IMG/VR virus record: IMGVR_UViG_3300015263_000627
Length of the DNA: 64,000 nt
Source: a virus
Reading direction: 5' to 3' (one strand)
Part shown: in pieces, positions 57,765-64,000 of the stretch
Position numbering within the stretch: the stretch's first letter is position 1
How the letters are laid out: each line of letters starts with the position of its first letter
Notes under the pieces: generated by a model
Database searches by the model: none
Told to the model about the DNA's origin: nothing
Seen by the model: only the letters and a program-made list of their open reading frames with translations
Program-made: the position numbers and the translations under genes

Positions 57765-58252
57765 GGAGAAAAATGACTTATAAGTATGTTTATCTTGCTG
57801 GTCCTATTATGGGCTGCACTGAGGGGGAAGCGAAAGATTGGCGAAAATTCGTAGCCGACAAGATTGCTCCATATGGAATTGTTGGGGTATCACCTTTACG
57901 GTGTGAACCAATTGTTGGCGAACGTTATAATTTGACGTATGATACCGATCCAAAATTTGGCGCACCCCGAGCAATTGCCGGTAAGAATTATTTCGATGTT
58001 CGCAATTGTGATATGACCTTAGCATATCTTCCCAAACCCGAAGCGGGTAAATATCCATCCCTTGGAACAGTCGGAGAAATTTTCTGGACCAATGGGGTTG
58101 GAAAGCAAACAATTCTAGTTTCAGATGATCCTCTTATCATGAAACATCCGGTTATTGATTCGGTTGTGGCATGGAAATTGGAAAAGCTTCAAGATGCCTG
58201 TGAAGTTATTGTAGGTGTTATGGGAGCATATACGGGAGGAAAAAATGTTTAG
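57761..58252 (+). CDS. Nucleoside 2-deoxyribosyltransferase / nucleotide N-hydrolase-like protein
   Basis: VYLAGPI, DWR, SPLR, DVRNCD, GTVGEI. Confidence 0.8.
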   Translation: MRRKMTYKYVYLAGPIMGCTEGEAKDWRKFVADKIAPYGIVGVSPLRCEPIVGERYNLTYDTDPKFGAPRAIAGKNYFDVRNCDMTLAYLPKPEAGKYPSLGTVGEIFWTNGVGKQTILVSDDPLIMKHPVIDSVVAWKLEKLQDACEVIVGVMGAYTGGKNV

Positions 58253-58655
58253 GACAATTTATCTTTGTGGTCCAATATTTGGATGCACCGATGAAGAATG
58301 TAAGGATTGGCGTGATTATGTAACCAATTTGTGGAAAGATGATTTTCCATTATCTGAACGAAAAACATTGGACCCAATGCGTCGGGATTATCGGGGTCGC
58401 ACCGATGATTTTTACGAAGAACTTGTTGAATTGGACAAGATTGATGTTATGAATAGTGATGTTATTTTGGTCAATTATGATAAGCCTAGCGTTGGCACTA
58501 GTATGGAAATTATGTATGCATGGGAACGAGGTAAATTGGTGGTAGTTGTTACCAAGGAAGGCACCCCGATCAGTCCGTGGATGTTATATCATAGCCATAA
58601 AATTGCTCATTCATTTTTAGATGCAATCAATTATATAGAGGGATTGAATAAATGA
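58245..58655 (+). CDS. Second NDT / DNPH1-like protein
   Basis: IYLCGPI, DWR, DPMRRD, DVMNSD, SVGTSMEIMYA. Confidence 0.85.
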   Translation: MFRTIYLCGPIFGCTDEECKDWRDYVTNLWKDDFPLSERKTLDPMRRDYRGRTDDFYEELVELDKIDVMNSDVILVNYDKPSVGTSMEIMYAWERGKLVVVVTKEGTPISPWMLYHSHKIAHSFLDAINYIEGLNK

Positions 58656-59125
58656 CCAAAATAACCGAGAAATGGGATCGCTTTTATCTGGAATTAGCCG
58701 AGTTTGTTGCAACTAAACTATCCAAAGACCCTTCAACTAAAGTGGGGGCAGTTCTAGTAAATTACGATCATAATAAAGAATTTCTTGGTTATAATGGTTT
58801 TCCCCGGGGTGTGGACGACGATCCAGCCCGATATGATAATCGGGAATTGAAATACAAGATGGTTGTTCATGCCGAAGTGAATGCCATCCTCAAGGCAGGA
58901 TTTTATTCTAAAGGTGGAACATTATATGTTTATCCAGCTTTTTCCCTTCCTCCAATTTGCAATGAATGTGTAAAGTATGCAATTCAAAGTGGAGTCAAGG
59001 AAATTGTTGGATTTGTTCCGACTCCTGAAGATGCCGAAAGAGCAAAACGTTGGCAGGAATCAATTGATATTGCCCGAACAATGTGTGATGAAGCCGGGGT
59101 TACTTATAGAGGCGTTGTAAGATAA
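58652..59125 (+). CDS. cd: dCMP deaminase
   Basis: SKDPSTKVGAV, GYNGFP, VHAEVNAI, PICNEC. Confidence 0.93.
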   Translation: MTKITEKWDRFYLELAEFVATKLSKDPSTKVGAVLVNYDHNKEFLGYNGFPRGVDDDPARYDNRELKYKMVVHAEVNAILKAGFYSKGGTLYVYPAFSLPPICNECVKYAIQSGVKEIVGFVPTPEDAERAKRWQESIDIARTMCDEAGVTYRGVVR

Positions 59126-59169
59126 TGGATTTACGTTACATATCGGAACTAAAAAAGGAATGAAACCAA

Positions 59170-59658
59170 ATGAACCAAAAATCAGTACAAAAATTCGTCA
59201 AAAGAGAGAAGAACTTCAAACAGAACTTAAAACCCTCAATAGTAAAGGGAAAAAATATAGCTGATGGAAGTGGTTTAAGATATAATACTGGTAAAAATAA
59301 ACTTGAATTAATTCCTTCAGAATGGGAATGGGCGTTGGGTATGATCTTGACCCGAGGTGCAATAAAATATGATGTAAGAAACTGGGAAAAAGGAATGAGT
59401 CATTCTTATGTTCTTGGTTCAGGACGCCGCCATTTAGTCAAGTATTTGGCGGGTGAGAGATATGATCCTGAAACTGGTTGCCATCATCTGGCAATGGTTG
59501 CATGGAACATGTTGGCTCTAATGACCTATGACATTCGGGGTATTGGAGAGGATGATCTAAAGGATGTTGGGAACTTGGAATGGTTGGAAAAAACAGCCGT
59601 CGATCCCGGTCCTGCGTTACAGAAACTAATGGAAGAAAAGAATTTGCAACCTAAATAA
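59170..59658 (+). CDS. DUF5664 dATP/dGTP diphosphohydrolase-like protein
   Basis: GLRYNTGK, GAIKY..RNWEKG, RHL, DPETGCHHLA..AWN. Confidence 0.85.
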   Translation: MNQKSVQKFVKREKNFKQNLKPSIVKGKNIADGSGLRYNTGKNKLELIPSEWEWALGMILTRGAIKYDVRNWEKGMSHSYVLGSGRRHLVKYLAGERYDPETGCHHLAMVAWNMLALMTYDIRGIGEDDLKDVGNLEWLEKTAVDPGPALQKLMEEKNLQPK

Positions 59659-59862
59659 ATGCTAAATTTGGAAAAAACAATAGTTATAATTGTTGTGGGA
59701 TTTATGCTTTCGAATTGTACCATATCAAAAGATTACTCATTGAGTTTGAGTATTCCAAGCATTCCTCATGATGAAATAGTTCATCCAGATGCATTAGTCT
59801 CATTGGATAGTTCGCCAGATTTTTCAGGTTTACAAGTAACAATTACTAGGACATTTCCATGA
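59659..59862 (+). CDS. Small exported/lipoprotein-like hypothetical
   Basis: Hydrophobic N-terminus, LSNC. Confidence 0.45.
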   Translation: MLNLEKTIVIIVVGFMLSNCTISKDYSLSLSIPSIPHDEIVHPDALVSLDSSPDFSGLQVTITRTFP

Positions 59863-60422
59863 AAAAGATTATAATTTTTTTCTTATTGGGTCTGATTCTT
59901 GGAAGCTGTGCAGCTACACCCGAAGAAAGACAATTAGTGCGTCAAACTGCGGGTGAAAGTACAACCTTCCAATTACAAGGTACTGATGTAGCTTTAAATC
60001 GTTTGCATCCAATATTTGCAAAACGGTTGTCGTCTGCAATCAAGGAAGCTCGAAAACAAGGATTGAATGTTGGATGTTTTTCAGCATATCGTCCCCCGGG
60101 ATTCAATATCGGGAAATATATAGACAAATATAATTCCCTTCATGCCTATGGTTTGGCTTGTGATGTATATGGTTTGGGGGGTCCAGATGATATAAGGGCA
60201 TTTGTATGGTATCATATTGCCAAGAGACATAATCTTTGGAATCCTTACTATGGAACCAAATCATGGGCATGGGAATATAACCATTATCAGATGTATAAGA
60301 ATATAAAGAAAATTCCCGCCAAATATAAACTTCGGGAAACTATCAAAGATGAAGGTCCTAAAAATATAGTCGATATGTGGCACGAAGGAACTGTGTTATT
60401 CTTTACTCAAATCTTTCATTGA
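59859..60422 (+). CDS. Peptidase M15-family peptidoglycan peptidase (lipoprotein)
   Basis: Lipobox LGSC; SAYR, SLHAYGLACDV, WEYNHYQ. Confidence 0.8.
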   Translation: MKKIIIFFLLGLILGSCAATPEERQLVRQTAGESTTFQLQGTDVALNRLHPIFAKRLSSAIKEARKQGLNVGCFSAYRPPGFNIGKYIDKYNSLHAYGLACDVYGLGGPDDIRAFVWYHIAKRHNLWNPYYGTKSWAWEYNHYQMYKNIKKIPAKYKLRETIKDEGPKNIVDMWHEGTVLFFTQIFH

Positions 60423-60431
60423 GGATATATT

Positions 60432-60707
60432 ATGGTTGTAACTAAAAATCCTGAAAAATTTACCTTAGATCAGGTTGTTTTCGATGTTCGTGAAGAATTA
60501 GAACGGGCTACATCAATTCATGGTCCGTTCTATTCTCCCCATGAAGGATATGCCGTCTTATTAGAGGAAGTCGATGAATTATGGGACGAAATTAAAAAAG
60601 GAAAGGGTCGTTCTTTATCTTATAAGGGAATGACCGAAGCAATTCAAGTAGCAGCAATGGCAATGCGTTTAGCAATGGACTTATATTATGCCAAACCCAA
60701 GGAATAA
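60432..60707 (+). CDS. Short MazG-like protein
   Basis: HEGYAVLLEEVDELWDEI...EAIQVAAMAMR. Confidence 0.75.
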   Translation: MVVTKNPEKFTLDQVVFDVREELERATSIHGPFYSPHEGYAVLLEEVDELWDEIKKGKGRSLSYKGMTEAIQVAAMAMRLAMDLYYAKPKE

Positions 60708-60909
60708 ACCTCAAGCCAGAAACCTATTGGATGGAACGGGGGTCACCTATTCCAATCTTTTACGGTTCCTTGAAAATGCAACCAAAGATTTGGAAACGGA
60801 AGGTAAGGAAGATGCTGCCTTTTATTTCGGTCAGTTTCATGATTGGTTGCGAAATCACTACCACCCAAGCAAAAGTTTTATTTATGAATCTCGCATTTTG
60901 GGGTTATGA
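60688..60909 (+). CDS. Hypothetical protein
   Basis: Coupled. Confidence 0.55.
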   Translation: MPNPRNKPQARNLLDGTGVTYSNLLRFLENATKDLETEGKEDAAFYFGQFHDWLRNHYHPSKSFIYESRILGL

Positions 60910-61112
60910 TGATTTATCCAATCTATAGGAAAATTTGGGAAGAATTTCATAATAAAAAAATTCCAAATGGTTGGCATATACATCATGGAGTAAAAAGAAT
61001 ATATAAGGAGAAATCAAGTGCCTTGGCCCCGAAAACATAAACCCCGAACTGGACGCCGCAAGATTGGTTCGAAGAAACGTCGCGCCCGTCATAAGAACAA
61101 ACATAGGTAAAA

Positions 61113-61388
61113 ATGCAAAAGATAGTTTTTTATTGTGATCGATGTGGCACTGATATAATGCATAATGGTGTCTATGATCTTCAGCTAAATTTACATTATA
61201 GTGGTTTGGCTAACGATATAATTTACTTATCCGGAGATTTTTGTGCAGAATGTTATAATATTATCAAACAAAAAATCGGTAAGGAATTAGAATTTAACCG
61301 TTTTCAAACTTATGAGAATATAAGAAAAATTATGGAATGGGATGTTACACCCAAGCCGCCCGAAGATCATCATCCGACAGATTCGTAA
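61113..61388 (+). CDS. Hypothetical zinc-binding protein
   Basis: CDRCG...DFCAEC. Confidence 0.55.
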   Translation: MQKIVFYCDRCGTDIMHNGVYDLQLNLHYSGLANDIIYLSGDFCAECYNIIKQKIGKELEFNRFQTYENIRKIMEWDVTPKPPEDHHPTDS

Positions 61389-61992
61389 CATTTAGATCAA
61401 GACCTTTGTTACCCGGACAACGAATACCGGGAACCCAATGAGGTTCAGGACCTACCCCATCACCAGTATATTGCCATAAGAAGAAATCATCAAACCCATT
61501 CGGGAAACGATAACGCGATCCATATTGGGCAAGCCAAAGCTTATGGGATGTGATGTAATCCCGATCCACTCGATTTAGATCATCAATTGTTTCTTTCAGC
61601 TTATTACCCGAATAGATAATAGCCTTGCGACCCATCTTTTCTTCGATAAGATGCAAGAAATCGACGGCTTGATGAATGGTCATATCAGACCTGCGATTTT
61701 CTTCATAGTCTAAGGCTAAAAGGGTTCGAGGATCAGGTTGAGATGCATCAAGGAATTTATTGACTTGAGCAACGACATTTTCGGCGGAATTGAAATGATA
61801 GGCTCCCCATTCTAATCCAACCGACAAGGCTCCCTCTCTAAATTCATCATACATGGGGTCTTTATAATTGGTGCCTTGGCTGGCTTTGCAAATTATTCCG
61901 ACAATGCCATAATCCTTGACTTTTTGCCAATCTTGACGGTCAATTTCTTCATAATGTGAAATATCGACCACTTTGGGAATGAAATCGGTCAT
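61345..61992 (-). CDS. GH25 muramidase endolysin
   Basis: VDISHY, KASQG, GAYHF, LDYE, IYS, LWLAQY, WQYT, DLN; late ATAAATA upstream. Confidence 0.93.
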   Translation of the reverse strand: MTDFIPKVVDISHYEEIDRQDWQKVKDYGIVGIICKASQGTNYKDPMYDEFREGALSVGLEWGAYHFNSAENVVAQVNKFLDASQPDPRTLLALDYEENRRSDMTIHQAVDFLHLIEEKMGRKAIIYSGNKLKETIDDLNRVDRDYITSHKLWLAQYGSRYRFPNGFDDFFLWQYTGDGVGPEPHWVPGIRCPGNKGLDLNVTNLSDDDLRAAWV

Positions 61993-62041
61993 TTTGTTGT
62001 TCTCCATTTTCCTAAATACTATTTATTAGGGGAGGGCTTCT

Positions 62042-62254
62042 ATGGCATCTACAACCGAGGAACGGAAAGCGAAACGTTTGAAACAATTACAAGAAAATGT
62101 CGAAGCCCAAATTCTTATGACGGACGGTCCCGAAGATTTGCTGTTATTAGCCACTATATTCCTAGCTACTGCCAAAAACATCTTTTTATCGAATTTTCCC
62201 AAAGAACATACCCGCGACGTTTTGCATAAGTATGTGGACGATGTTACAAAATGA
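62042..62254 (+). CDS. Hypothetical protein
   Basis: GGGAGG RBS; late-type CTAAATA upstream. Confidence 0.6.
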   Translation: MASTTEERKAKRLKQLQENVEAQILMTDGPEDLLLLATIFLATAKNIFLSNFPKEHTRDVLHKYVDDVTK

Positions 62255-62314
62255 TAACCCATTGATTTTCCACGTTTCTTAGTTCTTGACTCTACCCCTT
62301 TTATGTGATAAATT
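62255..62314 (+). promoter_or_regulatory. Repeated early promoter module (IHF site + -35/-10)
   Basis: TAACCCATTGATTTTCCACGTTTCTTAGTTCTTGACT-17-TAAATT. Confidence 0.8.
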
Positions 62315-62320
62315 CTTATC

Positions 62321-62590
62321 ATGACTGAAAAATGCAAATACATAGTATTCGAAGATGATCTTGGTTTAGAGGTCATTATAGTCTTTCCAAATGTAGTAAA
62401 ACATTCGGATATCAAAGTAAATGGCAACATAGTGAGTGCTGGTTTTATTACTAGATGGGAAAATGGACTTAATTATGACTGTGGCTATACTTGCTATGGT
62501 AAGTCGATTAGTTTAGGCGTCGAAAGTCGCCCTGAAAAAGATGCAAAAATAGCTAAAAGACAGCTTGCCACTATGTTGATTAGTGATTGA
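62321..62590 (+). CDS. Hypothetical early protein
   Basis: KYIVF...VSAGF...CYGKSISLGVESR. Confidence 0.65.
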   Translation: MTEKCKYIVFEDDLGLEVIIVFPNVVKHSDIKVNGNIVSAGFITRWENGLNYDCGYTCYGKSISLGVESRPEKDAKIAKRQLATMLISD

Positions 62591-62593
62591 ATT

Positions 62594-62872
62594 ATGAAGA
62601 AAACTCTCAAATTTGGCAAATACCCCGCCGATGGTTTTGTTGCCACCCTTGAAGAATATTACAAGGATGGTTTTGAAACTGGTGCCTCTTGGAAAGAGGA
62701 TTATATTCCGGGGGGTCCGTGGGTTTGCTCCTATGGTTTCATTTTGACGCATGATGCCGATTGGCAGGCTTATTGCCAGCATACCAAGGATGGCAACGCC
62801 GAATGGCTCCGGGGGTTCAAGGCAGGATTAGATTCTCAATCCTCTAACCCATTGAAATCTCACGTTTCTTAG
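62594..62872 (+). CDS. Hypothetical early protein
   Basis: YIPGGPW...WLRGF..G. Confidence 0.6.
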   Translation: MKKTLKFGKYPADGFVATLEEYYKDGFETGASWKEDYIPGGPWVCSYGFILTHDADWQAYCQHTKDGNAEWLRGFKAGLDSQSSNPLKSHVS

Positions 62873-62904
62873 TTCTTGACATCATAAGAACATTCTGCTA
62901 TGAT
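62845..62904 (+). promoter_or_regulatory. Repeated early promoter module
   Basis: TAACCCATTGAAATCTCACGTTTCTTAGTTCTTGACA-17-TATGAT. Confidence 0.8.
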
Positions 62905-62910
62905 TAGCTT

Positions 62911-63050
62911 ATATGTGACGGTGTTACTCCACCTCCCTTGCCCCGGGGGTCGAAGCGTGGTAGCCGAGAGGGAAAAGAGGGCTAACCGGAAAAAAGTCCT
63001 ATTTCCGGGGATGGCAGGGGGGACGCAGCCCATTCAAAAGGCTAGGCAAA
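62911..63050 (+). ncRNA. Candidate ~140-nt structured small RNA with its own promoter
   Basis: GC-rich; closing stem 62933-62942/63013-63022 with internal hairpins TAGCC/GGCTA and CCGGAAA/TTTCCGG; no RBS-led ORF. Confidence 0.55.
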
Positions 63051-63054
63051 CTTC

Positions 63055-63114
63055 TAACCCATTGATTTTCCACGTTTCTTAGTTCTTGACATAGACAAAA
63101 TCTTGTGCTAGGAT
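63055..63114 (+). promoter_or_regulatory. Repeated early promoter module
   Basis: TAACCCATTGATTTTCCACGTTTCTTAGTTCTTGACA-17-TAGGAT. Confidence 0.8.
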
Positions 63115-63119
63115 TAGTT

Positions 63120-63338
63120 ATGATGACAAAAAGCAAGATCAATACCGCAAGGCTCCGGAACAAGGAACCTTCGACGTATCAGAAAATGCGAGCTATTGTC
63201 CGTAAATGGGATGATTTAATACATTTTATGCATTATGATTATCGCCAAGTTGATACAATTGACCTAAACAGTCACGCTCGTATTCGTATGTCCAAAACAG
63301 CCGAAGGTCACACACTCTTAGAGATTTTGGAAAGCTAA
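63120..63338 (+). CDS. Hypothetical early protein (near-leaderless)
   Basis: ATG just after promoter -10. Confidence 0.5.
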   Translation: MMTKSKINTARLRNKEPSTYQKMRAIVRKWDDLIHFMHYDYRQVDTIDLNSHARIRMSKTAEGHTLLEILES

Positions 63339-63339
63339 C

Positions 63340-63534
63340 ATGACAAAACGTCAAGGATATTACCGCTTTTATAATGCAGGTAAATTCAATGGTCGCGGTG
63401 AGGATCATATTATGTTTTGTTTTTATGGTCCTGATAAAACTCCCGGGCAATGTCAACTTGTTCCGGCTTCACATGCTGCCGCAGAACTTGCAGCAATAAA
63501 GGCAAACCGAGATTATTTACCATTAACGGAATAA
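63340..63534 (+). CDS. Hypothetical early protein
   Basis: Operon packing. Confidence 0.55.
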   Translation: MTKRQGYYRFYNAGKFNGRGEDHIMFCFYGPDKTPGQCQLVPASHAAAELAAIKANRDYLPLTE

Positions 63535-63541
63535 TTCACAT

Positions 63542-63853
63542 ATGACAAAAACAGACCTAATTCGACAAGATGCGCTTGATCACGCCCGTAATGGCGAGTC
63601 GATGCGAAATTATGCTCTCATTATTGAGGGCTTCATGGACAAGGGAATCGCGGAAGATGACATTCTTCCGCGTGAGAATGTGTTCACCTATAATGCATGG
63701 ATGGCACAAGGTCGCCGCGTCAAGCGGGGCGAGCATGGTGTGAAGATCACCACGTTTATCCCGAAAAAGGATAAAAAGACCGGCGAGAAAAAGGGTGTCC
63801 GTCCGTGGATTTCGACAGTGTTCCATGTGACGCAAACGGAGAAGGTAGCGTGA
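63542..63853 (+). CDS. ArdC-like N-terminal ssDNA-binding domain protein (stand-alone)
   Basis: FTYNAWMAQGRRVKRGEHG...TVFHVTQTE. Confidence 0.8.
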   Translation: MTKTDLIRQDALDHARNGESMRNYALIIEGFMDKGIAEDDILPRENVFTYNAWMAQGRRVKRGEHGVKITTFIPKKDKKTGEKKGVRPWISTVFHVTQTEKVA

Positions 63854-64000
63854 CAAATTTACCGGAACTGTGTTATACGCGCATTCTTGGCGCTGCCCCG
63901 GGTCACCGCATGGGCGTGATCAAATGTGATGTATCGGGATATTATCCTTGTGATTATGATCAAGCGAAATATTCCGATGAACAAATTGAGGATTGGGTTC

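Noticed and set aside
62986-63030. RNase P-like (GGAAAAAAGTCC) or c-di-GMP-I-like (GGGACGCAGCC) identity for the sRNA
   Set aside because: Only short partial matches; other conserved elements and the required length are absent.
62900-63082. 60-aa ORF over the candidate sRNA
   Set aside because: Start lies in the promoter -10 element, there is no RBS, and it runs through the next promoter module.
781-63856. Many 60-145 aa ORFs antisense to or nested in core genes
   Set aside because: Shadow ORFs opposite well-supported genes, with no RBS or motifs.
1-64000. Stop-codon reassignment suggested by RF-like gene and CUA-containing tRNA loop
   Set aside because: Core genes (gp43, gp41, gp46, nrdJ, nadV) are full length in the standard code; no interrupted conserved ORFs seen.
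1-64000. CRISPR array
   Set aside because: No regularly spaced repeat-spacer series; the repeats found are promoter modules or intragenic duplications.

Overview
64-kb segment of a large AT-rich, T4-like lytic phage genome. A host in the Alphaproteobacteria (Rhizobiales-like) is inferred from a ROSE-controlled IbpA-type sHsp and NodB- and RlpA-like genes. The replication backbone runs gp47-gp46-gp45-gp44-gp62-regA-hsp20-gp43-uvsX-gp41-gp61. It is interrupted by a ~9.5-kb early accessory block after regA and by a late block of putative capsid-internal proteins. Downstream are thyX, a class II RNR, a NAD salvage pair, nucleotide-pool enzymes, lysis functions and five free-standing homing endonucleases. 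Most notable: (1) a dispersed set of tRNA/translation-rescue genes (Pth2, a GGQ mini release factor lacking the codon-reading domain, peptide deformylase, a possible toxin-binding fragment of a DUF1778/TacA antitoxin, and an atypical tRNA with an 8-nt anticodon loop); (2) a putative RNA-ligase-fold/HIGH-nucleotidyltransferase fusion that may be capsid-packaged; (3) six early promoters with an IHF-consensus site at fixed spacing; (4) two candidate structured ncRNAs; (5) paired GGAG-loop hairpins before both NAD-salvage genes. All family calls are from motif recognition by eye; no searches or folding programs were run.
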